Notes: generated from the sequence alone by a model not told the origin. Shown: positions 1-12,038, counted from the first letter of the stretch. The stretch is 64,000 nucleotides of DNA from Chrysemys picta bellii (GCF_011386835.1 NC_088793.1:205592001-205656000); one strand, 5' to 3'. Program-made: numbers and translations.

Positions 1-3000
1 CAATTGTTTTTCTTCCTCCTCTTTTCTCTGATTATAATTCCCCACAGGTGCAGGCTCATCAGTCTAAGAAAGAAGAATACACCAAACTGTTGAAGAGTCA
101 AATGAAGCTAAACCCTCAGCTAAATTGTGTTTGCTAATCATTTATGCCAGAATGCACAAATGGAGTTAGGCAGCAAAATACTTGTTTTGGCACCACTGCA
201 ATGCACAACCACCGCCAAATCCTGCAGGTGCCTAAATTCACTCAGCACCTAAGTTTCTGCAGTAAAAGTTCCCTAGGTACCTACGTTTCCACCTCTGGGC
301 TTGTGCAGTACTGCCTCCCTCTAAGCATCTGGGCACCTGTCTTCTGCCTGAGCCCCAGAGCAATTCACAAACCAGGGACGATAACTATGCAGCCACCTAA
401 GTCATATGCAGGGCCTGATCCAGTAGGCGTGCCCAGAGGCCACGGACCGGATCAGGCCCTCCGGTGAGTTAACATAAAACAGCCAGAGGTGGGCAGCGGA
501 AGGGGGTGGAGAAGGAGGAGTATTAGGATTAAACGCATTCAGGCCTTAGCGCTCTCAGCTACTTTTAACATCTTGTTTGATCAATATGTTCTAGCTTCTT
601 GCCTTGATATCATTTAAGTAACTAAGCACGGGGATGGCCATTTTCCCATTTCCTGTTTAGATAATATCAGTCCTGAAATCTATTACTATACAGTTTCCTT
701 AACATTTTTCTAGATCTTTTATCTAGCCAAGAGGGGGGTGAAAATCTATATTCTTATTCTTCAATTCCATGATTTTTTTCCTATTAAAAAAACCCACTGG
801 AATATTAAATAATGCTAAGAAACTCTTCAACCACAGAACTTTACATTATAAGGCATGCAGAAAAATATATCATTATTTAATATTAGACTAATCCCAAAGG
901 ACCACAGTCAAGATCAAAGCCCAGACAGACGAGCTGCTATACAAAAAGTTAGGGATGGTGCCTGTCCTGAAGAATTTACAATCTAAGAATATTACCGTTC
1001 TCTGAACATTTTGTACAATTTATTTTGGGAAATTAGGAAATGCTTTAACCTCACAACTTACTTTTTTCAAGTTTTGAAGAACAGATGTATTTTCATCCAC
1101 TGATTTCTTCAACTCCATACATCTATATTGAAAACAAATGACAAAGATTGTACGATCTCTTCTGCTGTATAAATGACTAAAACTGTGTACAATTTCTGAA
1201 ACATGTAAGTTAGCCCCCAATCCTGAAAACACGTATGTACATATGTAACTTTACAAACATGAATAGTCCCACTGAAGTCAATAGGGCTACTCAAGTGCAC
1301 ATGTAAGTGTTTGCAAGACCATAGGCAAAGGAGCTTTTCACAGGTGCAAGGACCTGGATTCATCCAGGATCAGTACCGTAGATTTTAAGCACCTTAGAAC
1401 AGGAACTTTGCCTTCCTAAATTCTCTGTCTGCATCTATGGTGCTATGTAAATAATAGCATAAGAAGAAACTAGTATTTGCCTCATGGTAGGCTAAAGCCA
1501 ACATCATCTGACACACAAGCAGAAAGAGATTACAACTTAAAAAAAATTTTTTTTTAAAGGAGAGCAAGCCACATGGCATCCATATGTCTTTTTCCACACA
1601 ATGGAGCCACACATGGAGGTGCCTCGGAACTTTGGCTGGAATAATTTCCACAAGAACTGCATTATGACGAGAGGGAGAAATGATGGCTGGACTCAGCCCA
1701 TGATATTGCAATACATGTGAAAATCATTTACTCAAGCTCTCTTTCCTATGAACAGAGCTACAGTTCTCTGCTACAGTTTTGTGCTGCTTTTTCTCCGAGC
1801 AAAGTGGTCAATCCACTGCACAGAAGATATACTATGCCTGCCAGGGCTAACCACCACAAATAGAACACTATCATACTATCAGTTTCAAACTTGTTGTTTT
1901 CTCTTGCACAGTATAAACCTGTGAAAAAGACATCAGTTTAGCACATCAAAATAAAAGTGTTTAAAGGGGTCTCATTGTATTATTAAAAATATTTTGATTC
2001 TGTCCTGAGCAAATGTACTCATTTAACAAATATTTTATCTCATATTTTACTGAAGGGTGCACTGGAAGTGTAGGCCCCAATTCTGCACTGTGTAGCACAC
2101 AAGCCAACTATTTGCACCTGCATTGAACCCTGCTGACTCCCATGGGGCTCATGCAGGTGCAGCAATCTGCCTGGGCCCCACACAACAAGATTGGGGCCTT
2201 GCTCTGTTAAATAATAAGGAATAACCTTATGCTTGAGCTACAGCCTTTATAGCAGAAATTCTATCCAGCAATTATCACATTCTCTGAGCATAAAAAAATA
2301 TTTTTAAAGTTAAGTAGCATAAGACCTTTTTGAGACCTGTTCATTTCTAAAAGGCTGATTTTGAATCTTCACTGCATATGTAAATAGTTCTCAATGACGC
2401 TTTCTGGTGCAGAGAGTTGAATAGGTTTCTTTCAAAATGACACAGTTTTAAAGAAAAAAAATGGTTCTGTGGATGTGTAGAAAAACTTTATAGTAAGTTT
2501 GAAGCTATATAATTGGCAGAATTGCACTGATGCAGAATGTGATCTGCACAGTACTGCAACTAGGTGGTTTATCAGCACACACAAGGTAAAAACGTCAAAC
2601 CCAGCTGTACTATATCATACATAGGTGGATTCTCTTCTGTATTTATTTTTAACCAAAAATTAAATGTAAAAGGCTTCTAGTATAATATTAGTTCACACGC
2701 AAGAAGTAAAATATTAAAAATCTAAGATTCATGGGGCAGCCTTAACTCACTCATACACATATAATATGCCATTTTTAAGTCCTTTATTATTTATGTAGTC
2801 CCATAGGTGTCCACTAATAGTGCACACAGTTAAGTACTAATTAGTCCACTGAATCCCTGATCCTGCAAATACTTCTGCATCTGCATGTGCTTAATTTTGC
2901 TCAAAGTAGTCCTATTGATTTCAGTGGGACTACCCACTGTAGTAAAGTTAAGCACGCGTGTAACAGTTTGCGGGATCAGGGCCTAAATGCGTATAATATT

Positions 3001-4249
3001 TTTGTTTACGCATATGTTCAGTGTGCGAGAGTTAACATCAACCTCTCATATTTTACCCTTTCCAATCCATTGCCTGACTTGGGAGTCCAAAGCAAAGGAA
3101 AGGTATATAGGAAGGACAGTATATTATCCTCATTTTACAGGTGGGGAAAAGAGGAACAGAAAGGTGAAACAGCTTGACCAAGGCTGCATAGGAGGTCAGT
3201 GGCAGAACTGGGACTAAAACCCATGTCTCCTGGCTCCCAGCCCACTAGTCTACTCTGCCACCCAATAATTCATTTATATGGGCATCCCTCCACATCACTG
3301 AAGATGAATTTATCAGCGAAATTGATTAGGAAAATTTCTATCAAAACCAGCTGCAGTTATCGCTCAGTGATAAATTGCTTAGTCATGAGATAGCTAATAG
3401 TGCATCACACAAATGTTACCCCCGCATCCTAGATTTCAGATATAGCAGTGCGCTTCGCCTCTATGCAGTGTGTACTGTTAGGGTTAATTACCTCTGAAAA
3501 AGGTACTTCCTTTTCGCAGGGTCTAGGGCCCCCCTCTCCTTGCTGTCAGCAAGCAATGCATCCACCTGCACGGTAAGAGTCCAGCCTTCAGAGATGGACA
3601 GCACGGGGCAGATAGGCTCAGTGGCTCGGATATCAAAGAACAGTTGTTCCCAACCCCCACCCACAACATCGGGGGCACCACTTACCCTACCCAGACTGGA
3701 TCCCACCAACCCCACCAGGAGGGGGCACCGCTCCCCCTCCCCAGACTGGATTCCTCCCACCCACCTCTCCAGCAGGGGGCAGCGCCCCTCCTGCCCAGAC
3801 TAGATCCCCCACCCAGCCAGCGGGGGCACCGTTCCCCCTGCGCAGAGTGGATCCCCCACACCCCGCCGGCAGGGGGCGCCGCTCCCCCTCCCCAGACTGG
3901 ATCCCCCACACCCCGCCGGCAGGGGGCACCGCTCCCCCTCCCCAGACTGGATCCCCCCACACCCCGCCGGCAGGGGGCACCGCTCCCCCTCCCCAGACTG
4001 GATCCCCCACACCCTGCCGGCAGGGGGCACCGCTCCCCCTCCCCAGACTGGATCCCCCACACCCCGCCGGCAGGGGGCACCGCTCCCCCTCCCCAGACTG
4101 GATCCCCCACACTCCGCCGGCAGGGGGCGCCGCTCCCCGCGCTGTAGCTTCGGGGCGGGGGTGCGCGGGACGGGCGGTACCTGCTGCCGCAACTCGCGGC
4201 CCCGCCGCTGAGCCCCCTGCAGCGGGCTCCGGCCCCTCCGCCCGGACAT
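1..4249 (-). CDS. NPHP1: Nephrocystin-1, 5' part (coding exons 1-4; gene continues beyond the left edge)
   Basis: Coding exons 4181-4249 (69 bp, MSGRRGRSPLQGAQRRGRELRQQ), 3492-3565 (74 bp, VDALLADSKERGALDPAKRKYLFQ), 1062-1122 (61 bp, CMELKKSVDENTSVLQNLKK) and 1-63 (partial, TDEPAPVGNYNQRKEEEEKQL). All junctions are GT-AG and phase-consistent. Resembles the recalled human NPHP1 N-terminal coiled coil ([28 protein letters not shown]...ADESAPVANYNQRKEEE). Confidence 0.95.
3121..3258 (-). mobile_element. MIR-like CORE-SINE
   Basis: attatcctcattttacaggtggggaaa...ccaaggctgcata...ggcagaactgggact is the reverse of the MIR core. Confidence 0.6.
3670..4140. repeat. 50-bp GC-rich minisatellite, about 9 copies, filling most of NPHP1 intron 1
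   Basis: Unit CAGGGGGCACCGCTCCCCCTCCCCAGACTGGATCCCCCACACCCCGCCGG (e.g. 4021-4070); copies degenerate toward exon 2. Confidence 0.95.
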
Positions 4250-4350
4250 CGTCGCTAAGGAGACGAACGCTTGGGCGCTCGGAACTGTCGTCATCGCCGC
4301 GCGTCGCGAACATCAGAGGGCGGGGGAGCCCGCAGCGGAGACAGAGGCGA

Positions 4351-4372
4351 ACTACGCGTCCCAGCATGCAAC
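4351..4372 (+). promoter_or_regulatory. ZNF143/THAP11-type (ACTACA-SBS) motif, NPHP1 promoter
   Basis: ACTACGCGTCCCAGCATGCAAC fits the ACTACAnnTCCCAGnATGCA consensus, about 100 bp upstream of the NPHP1 ATG. Confidence 0.75.
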
Positions 4373-4410
4373 GGGGCGGGCGGGCGAGCTCCTGAATCAC
4401 TGGCAGAGAC

Positions 4411-5538
4411 AACAACAACAAGGAGGAGTCCGGTGGCGCCTTAAAGACTAACAGATTTATTGGGCCTAAGCTTTCCTGGGTAAAAACCTCACTTCTTCGG
4501 CTGCATGGAGTGAAAGTTACAGCTGCAGGCATCAGATACTGACCCATGGAGAGCAGGGAGTTACTTCGCAAGTGGAGCACCAGTGTGGACAGGGCCAATC
4601 CCATCAGGGTGGATGTAGTCCACTCCCAATAATAGATGAGGAGATGTCAAGTCCAGGAGAGGCAAAGCTGCATCTGTAGTGAGCCAGCCACTCTCAGTCC
4701 CTAGTCAAACCCAGATTAATGGGGTTCAATTTGCAAATGAAGTTTAGTTCGGCTGTTGGAAGTCTGTTTCTGAAGTTTTTTTGTTCAATGATAGTGACTT
4801 TGAAATCTGTACTAGAATGACCAGGGAGATTGAAGTGTTCACTGACTGGCTTATGTATGTTACCATTCCTGAGGTCCGATTTGTGTCCATTTACTCTTTT
4901 GCGGAGGGACTCTCCGGTTTGGCCAATGTACATGGCAGAGGGGCATTGCTGGCACATATCACATTAGTGGATGTGCAGGTGAATGAGCCCTTGATGGTGT
5001 GGCTGATGTGGTTGGGTCCTCTGATGGTGTCGCTGGAGTAGATATGGGGACAGAGTCGGCAATGAGGTTTGCTACAGGGATTGGTTCCTGGGTTGGTGTT
5101 TCTGTGGTGTGGTGTAGTGTATAGTTGCTGGTATTTGTTTCAGGTTGGGGAGTTGTCTGTAAGCGAGGACTGGCCTGCTTCCCAAGGTCTGTGAGAGCGA
5201 GGGATCATTTTCCAGGATAGGTTGTAGGTCGTGGATAATGCGCTGGAGAGGTTTTAGCTGGGGGCTGTACGTGATGGCCAGTGGTGTTCTGGTATTGTCC
5301 CTGTTGGGCCTGTCCTGTAGTAGGTGTCAACACTGGTTCTCCACTTGCGAAGTAACTCCCTGCTCTCCATGGGTCAGTATATAATGCCTGCATCTGTAAC
5401 TTTCACTCTATGCATCCGAAGAAGTGAGGTTTTTACCCACGAAAGCTTATGCCCAAATAAATCTGTTAGTCTTTAAGGTGCCACCAGACTCCTTATTGTT
5501 TTTGTAGATACAGACTAACACCGCTACCCCCTGATACT
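4411..5538 (-). mobile_element. Penelope-like element (GIY-YIG type), 5'-truncated, with inverted pseudo-LTRs
   Basis: Minus-strand remnant encodes the RT-EN linker (RTPLAITYSPQLKPLQRII...AYRQLPNLKQ) and GIY-YIG domain (CQQCPSAMYIGQT...HFNLPGHS...AELNFICKL). Arms about 4411-4589 and 5327-5505 are inverted copies. Flanks TGGCAGAGAC (4401-4410) and TGGCAAAGAC (5539-5548) look like a 10-bp TSD with one mismatch. Confidence 0.9.
5412..5452 (+). ncRNA. Candidate minimal type I hammerhead ribozyme in Penelope pseudo-LTR (U4C core variant)
   Basis: GCAT-CCGAAGA-A-GTGAGG-ttttta-CCCAC-GAAA-GCTT-ATGC: stem I GCAT/ATGC, stem II GTG.G/C.CAC, palindromic AAGCTT in place of stem III. Confidence 0.55.
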
Positions 5539-5546
5539 TGGCAAAG

Positions 5547-5567
5547 ACTACACGTCCCAGAATGCAC
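5547..5567 (+). promoter_or_regulatory. ZNF143-type motif 2 (distal to the Penelope insertion)
   Basis: ACTACACGTCCCAGAATGCAC. Confidence 0.75.
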
Positions 5568-5623
5568 TGGGGCCCGAAAGTCACGCTCTCCTGTACCAGG
5601 CCTCGCTTGGAGCCTAGCGAGCA

Positions 5624-5644
5624 GTGCATGCTGGGGGCTGTAGT
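5624..5644 (-). promoter_or_regulatory. ZNF143-type motif 3 (inverted)
   Basis: The reverse complement reads ACTACAGCCCCCAGCATGCAC. Confidence 0.7.
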
Positions 5645-8600
5645 CTGCACGGGCCTAGCTCTCAGTGCTGTGTGTCTAGGTTAGTTGGAGGCTTGGAGGG
5701 ATTGGGGTTGTAACCAGTGGGTGCTGCTGATTTCACCTGCTAGGCGGCTGTGATTGCACCCACACACACAAAATATCCCCACTGAAGGGTAAAGGGAGGC
5801 AAAGAAAAATGCTGCTTGAGAATGTCTAGAGACAGTCAGTGCATAATGATTGTCTCAGTTGTGGGGAACGACAATTTAAATAACTATACATTTGAAAACA
5901 GGCTCAGAAATAAACATCTACATTATCCCCCAAAATTATACAAAATAAAAATTTAATTCTGCCAAACTTCTTGTTGTTATTGCCATAGCATAGCACTTAA
6001 GAGCTCCACTCATGGACAAGGACGGACCGACCATACTACAAAAAGAGACTTACAGTCTGCACAGCAGGGCTGTGTTGCAGGCAGAAATTCTAGCCGTGCA
6101 CCTGCTGGAATTCTTCTCTCTTACACCCACTGAGCCATGGAAGAAGCAATTTAATTTTCTGCGTAGCCTTTTCACATTAATTTGACATATTCCAAGGAAT
6201 TTTTTTCCTAGCAGGTGATCTGACATTTCTTCCCTCTGAACTCTAAACAGCTCCTACACTTCAGTATTTGCTGTTTGTTTCCAAAGTATTAGATAAGGAA
6301 ACGCAGCAGAGATGTACATAGAATTAATAGTGTTGTCAAGTTACAACATGTACTTGAGATCAAATGATCATGTGCCCTTTCCACATGAGGGTTTACTGTT
6401 TTTATTTTAATGATTTTTTTAAAAAACACTTTTAGGGTTATTGACAAGGCTTGAGAAAAAACTCCTTTGTAATCGTATTAAAATGATTAATTACGCTGAT
6501 ATATGCAACACCAGATTTAGAAAAAACTGTGCTGATATATCCAAAGAATTATTCAAGCCACTATCCAGAAATCTACCATCTATCTTTTCTTCTTCCTTTT
6601 TACCTTTTCCAGAAACAAATACTAGGTACACATTAAAAACATAAATAATTCATTGCAAAAAAAATGAATAAAAAAATCCTGGGTGCTTTAATAAATTAAA
6701 GTACAATTATATTTTAACATGTCAGTAAGTGCAAAGTTTGAGCTAGCACATGAACCATGTCTTCCAATGAATGACATTAAAATACCTGACCTCAGCTCCA
6801 TTTTGCACAGGATGCCCGCAAGTATATGCCAAATCACCATTAAATCAGCCTGATACAGCATTACACAGAAAACTTCTGTAACCAAGCTACATCTCAGCTA
6901 TAAAAGACACAAGATCTCCAACTTGGATAAGTCAACATTTCAAGATTCTGAATGGCATTGTTACACAGCAGCTGGGTTCACTGACCCCCTATGTTAGAAG
7001 GCATTGGAGCTCTGACGGATGGTGCACCTCATTAACTAATTCTGGGTATAAGTGAAGTGAGAGTGGCCCCCTGATCAGAGGAATCTAAGCCAGTGTTTCC
7101 CAGCTGGTGGGTCTCATGAAGATTCTATATGGATCACTGGGCCTTGAACTAGGCAAACATACACTTTACCAGCCAGGTGCAGAGAGGAGGGGACTGGAGA
7201 GTGAGGCTGTCCCACACTCACCCCACCGTGGTGGCTTCTGTCCTGCGAGGTTGGGCCTGGCTCCCCAGTCTGGGGATTGCAACCAGACACATGGGGTCGC
7301 AGAGCCACTGGCTGCCCTCCAAACCTGAGTGGTGCTGACACACTGTGTACCAGGTCGTAACACCTGGAGCAGAGACTAGCTAAGCCTAGTGCTGCGGAAC
7401 AAGAGCCGACTCAGTGGGGTGAGTGCATGGTGGGCTTGCTCTCCAAGCCCCCTTGTCCCGGCTTCCCCTCTGCACTGGGCCGGGATTCAGATTGCAGCGC
7501 AAGGGCAGAGGGTGCATATATGTAAGGGTGGGTTGCAAACAAGATGACAAAATGCAGTTGGTGGGTCACCTTCGTAAACAGTTTGGGAATCAATGGTCTA
7601 AGCCTTGCCAGTCCTAAGAGAAAAATCATAAGAACAGCCGAGCTTGGGGAGAAGGCATGGGCAGAATCTGTCTCCGCTTTTTTCTCTTTTTCCATTAGCT
7701 TATTAATAAAGTTAAAGCTAAGGGCAGGGAATGAATTCTGAACCTACATAGCCTTTAACTATTTTGGCACAATGTGGGGTTGGCATCTGCTTATAAATAT
7801 AAAAGGAGAACAAGATAGAAACACTTTAAAAATGTGTTGATTAGGAGATTTATTTTTTTTTTTGAGGGAAAAGCTGTGCACATATGCATGGAAGTAACAG
7901 AGAGATAGGGATGGCTGACATAGATGTAGCATGAGGCCCAGCAAGATTAATCAAAAAGGAAGTCCCAAGGATTTTAAATCATGATGTCCAGCATCTTTGC
8001 TGGAAGTGATGATGTGGCACAGTAAGTATATAGGGCTGATGTATTCTTAGTTATGGAGTTGGTAAGAGATCTAGACATAGAACATTGCTGAATTTCAGAG
8101 AAGAACCCCAGCATTACTGATTTAATATACGAATTTATCTTATCAGTGTACACTAGGATGCTTTTGCCTTAATCTTTTTGACCAACCCTTTGGTTGTATA
8201 CTTTCAAAGTTCCAAAATGTTTAACATCAGAATCTTTACATGTTTTCACTCCCCACCTAAGAGATACTTTATTACAAATTACTAGTAAGTAACTTAAGAT
8301 ATATCATTTTTAGTTTAATTTATTAAAATGTAAGGGTCAAATGTAGCTCAGGGCGAGCCTTAAGAGTCACAAAGCAAAACAGACACAAACATCCCTTAAA
8401 AACATAATGTGACAGGTTTGCACAGTCATAATACATATGAATTAATTAAGATCATCCCATAACATTTTGGTGGATAGGTTATTCTGATACATGTGAAGAT
8501 AAGCTTTGCTGATGTCAGTTTGGGCAAATGAGATTGTAGGATACCACAGATGCCTTCTTTTTTAGAATATGGTTGCTTATCAAAACATTTGTTTTTAAAG

Positions 8601-10078
8601 TCCATCTTTTAAACTGTGTTTAGACACAAATGCAGCAGGAGTCCATTTATTTTCATTCAGTTGTCAGCTGTCATCTGTATAAGGCTGTTAAAAGAAAGTG
8701 AAAAATTACAAATTGCACATAATTTCATGTTTGTTTGGGGTTTTTTTTAATTTAATAGCAAAGGTGATCAAAACAATGTTCAGTCAGATTATAATCTATC
8801 AAAAATAAAAGAAGAAAATCAGACATAAGAGAGATATTAAAAGGGGGCAGACAGAACATTGAGTAACCAAAGGGAAAGTGACAGAAACAATATATTATGT
8901 CAAAAATATTAAGGTAGAAAAATTTAAGTAAAAATGTACCCAAAATCATTGGTGTTCCCTCAAAATTTCATTAACAAAAGATTCCATTATTGGACATTTT
9001 TGGTGCGAACAAAAATGTTTCCAGATATTTACCAATACACGCCCATAGTCCCTAACAGCTACATCTCCTCCGTATATGCTCACAACCAAAAACCAACATT
9101 TATGCGAGAGCAAAGATAAATCAATCTATTTACAGCACCATTACAATATTTCAGTTATTAAGAGACAAGTTTGTGAAAATCAAGTTTAGTATATGGTAGT
9201 TAAATAGTAAGTCTCAATGCTGTTAGCACTTTAACTGAGTACTTCCAGATTGTCATTTAGATTTAGAGACTACAATAAAGCAACCTTGATTGTCAGGAAT
9301 TTAGAGTGTGCTGTAATAAACTATGTTGTAACAGTCAAATATATGATCTATTTATATTTAATATCTGACTGAGATAATTTCACTACATTTTGCAGAGGAG
9401 AGTCAGACAGACAAGACTGAGATATACATGAGTGCCAGCAGTGCATTCCCACGTCAGGCCACATGGTAACTTGAAAATGGGAGCTCTGTTGCATTTCAAA
9501 CCCTTGCTGAGAGAACCAGCTCTGATTTTTCAAATGGTCCAATCTCAGGAACATCTTTGTCCAAACACCAACTCTCCCCTTTCCACCCTCTCTGCCTCTC
9601 CTCCTCCCCCCCTCCCCCCAAAGCGTATCCCCTATCAGAGTTCCACACATGTAAACGTTTCAAATACTGTTTTAAGGTTTTTGGGAGCGGGAGAGGTAGA
9701 TTTATCTATTTTTTAAATCAGGCTCCCAATAGAAAACTAGCCTGAACTAGACAATATCTGAAGTGAGATACAATAGTCTCTCTCTATTCAGTAATACAAA
9801 ACAAAAACCCACAATGCCGTATGCAAAGATCAAGTAAAACAAGTTTTACACATGGGAGCTGTGTAGGGTTGGAGGGACACAATCCTTCTTCCCCCGAGGA
9901 GGCTGAAGTTTTTTCTTTATTCCCGGTTCCTTTTACTTGGCACCGGTTCCTTATTCAAAGGTCAAAATTACTTTGAAAATATATCAATGTAAAATTACAT
10001 TTTTAGAAATGTCATCAAATTTGCATGATTGGGTGTGATAAAAAAATTCCTAATTAATTCATTATTTATTAATTAAAT

Positions 10079-10298
10079 CAGTGGTTCTCAAGCTTTTGCA
10101 CTGGTGACCCCTTTCCCATAGCAAGCCTCTGAGTGCGACCCCCCCTTATAAATTAAAAACACGTTTTTATATATTTAGCACCATTATAAATGCTGGAGGC
10201 AAAGTGGGGTTTGGGGTGGAACTTGACAGATCGCAACTCTCCATGTAATAACCTCGCAGCCCCCAAAGGGGTCCTGACTCCCAGTTTAAGAACCCCTG
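10079..10298 (-). mobile_element. hAT-type MITE, 220 bp
   Basis: TIRs CAGTGGTTCTCAA / TTAAGAACCCCTG; perfect 8-bp TSD AATTAAAT; reverse orientation relative to the copies at 12327 and 13650. Confidence 0.9.
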
Positions 10299-10329
10299 AA
10301 TTAAATAATTAAGGCTCTGGGTTTTGACT

Positions 10330-10720
10330 GGCTGTACGTGACAAAATTAGTCTCAAATCACCCCACATGATTCATCCCTGCTGCCATTAGACTGTTCTGA
10401 AATAGCTGGGACATGCCACTCATCAACCTGATGCTTAGTTCCTGTGCAGTATGCTCTGATACATCATGCCCTCACTCCACTTCCATAGTGTACTTATGGC
10501 TTAAATAAGAAACTGGATTTTTAATTGACTGTACATGACAAAAGGTGTCTCCAGTCACCCCAAGAGATACATCCCTGCAACTGTTAGACTGTTGTGAAGT
10601 AGCAGGAACATGCCATTCCCTACGTAGGCCAAAACGTTGTTCTTCCTCTCATTTCTCCCTTCCACTTCCATATTGTAAATAGGGCTTGCATAAGGAACTG
10701 TATGTGACAGATAAGTCTCA
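10330..10720. repeat. Diverged tandem duplication (about 197-bp unit, 2 copies plus partial third)
   Basis: ctgtacgtgacaaaa (10332), ctgtacatgacaaaa (10529), ctgtatgtgacag (10698); colinear catccctg, ttagactgtt, acatgcca and tccacttccata blocks. Confidence 0.7.
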
Positions 10721-11018
10721 GCTCTTGTGATAACTGGGCCTACCTTTATTGTTAGCTCAACTGTGAGAAGTCTGTGAGATCTTACGAACTTTCACTATAA
10801 CCTTTAACCATAAATATTGATGGGAAAAGATGCAAAAAGGAGACAACAACTGAATTAATACAAACAAAGCTTAGTAATATAATTCAAGGACTGTGTTAAG
10901 ATCATTCCTGGTAAACGAAAACAGTGTGGAACCAGAAATCAATGGACTAAAATTCATGTGTCAGAAATTAAATAAAATAAATAAATAAGAGCCTGGCTTA
11001 GCCACCGAAGACTATGTA

Positions 11019-11396
11019 CAGTAGAACTTCAGAGTTACAAACTAACGGGTCAACCACACACCTCATTTGGAACCAGAAATACGGAATCAGGCAACAGCAG
11101 AGACACACAAAAAAAGCAAATGCAGTACAGTACTGTGTTAAACATACATTACTAAAAAAAGGGAAAGTTATTAAAAAAGATTTGACAAGGTTAGGAAACT
11201 TTCTGTGCTTGTTTCATTTAAATTAAGATGGTTAAAAGCAGCATTTTTCTTCTGCATAGTAGTTTCAAAGCTGTATGAAGTGAATGTTCAGTTGTACACT
11301 TTTGAAAGAACAACCATAATGTTTTGTTCAGAGTTATGAACATTTCAGAGTTACAACCTTTATTCCCGAGGTATTTGTAACGCTGAGGTTCTACTG
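11019..11396. mobile_element. Tc1/mariner (Tigger-like) MITE
   Basis: TA|CAGTAGAACTTCAGAGTTAC...GTAACGCTGAGGTTCTACTG|TA. Confidence 0.85.
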
Positions 11397-11737
11397 TATT
11401 TTGCCACACTGTTGTAAGCCTGTTACCAGAAAGAGGCAGCTAAAAGCAATGCCTTCACCCCGATACCCATACAAGTTTGCTAGGTCTCGGAGTGGCTAAT
11501 AATTGTGATAAGCCCCTTACTCAAGAAAAAATCCTAGACATTTAAAAACAAAATCTTTATATGGCAAATTGTCAGTGTTTATAGATAGTAAATTATTCCC
11601 TAGTATTAGGGAATGAGAACAAGATGACTGTCTCAAGGAAACTGGCTCCCGAAGGAGAGGGCTTTGACATTGAGGGACCAACAGAAATTCAGGTTACATT
11701 CTACACTGCAAAGAAAACCATGTAACAGCAAGTCTAA

Positions 11738-12038
11738 GGGCAGGTCTTTGCTACCCGCCAATCCGGCGGGTAGTGATCAATCTATTGGGGATCGACTTAT
11801 TGCGTCTAGTGAAGACACGATAAAATCGATCCCCGATGGCTCTGCGGTCGACTCCGGAAATCCACCACGGCAAGAGGCGGAAGCGGAGTCGATGGCGGCA
11901 CAGCAGCGGTCGACTCACCACCGTCCTCACAGCCAGGTAAGTCGACCTAAAATATGCAACTTCAGCTACGCTATTCACGTAGCTGAAGTTGCGTATCTTA
12001 GGTCGACCCCCCCCCCGCCCCGTAGTGTAGACCTAGCC
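11738..12038. mobile_element. MITE with GG..GTCTACAC-type TIRs (putative PIF/Harbinger)
   Basis: GGGCAGGTCT...GTAGTGTAGACCTAGCC, flanked by TAA/TCA; CpG-rich, internally palindromic. Confidence 0.65.

Noticed and set aside
3644-4604. Several 140-305 aa ORFs on both strands
   Set aside because: They are products of the 50-bp GC-rich minisatellite and CpG island; only 4181-4249 is conserved coding sequence.
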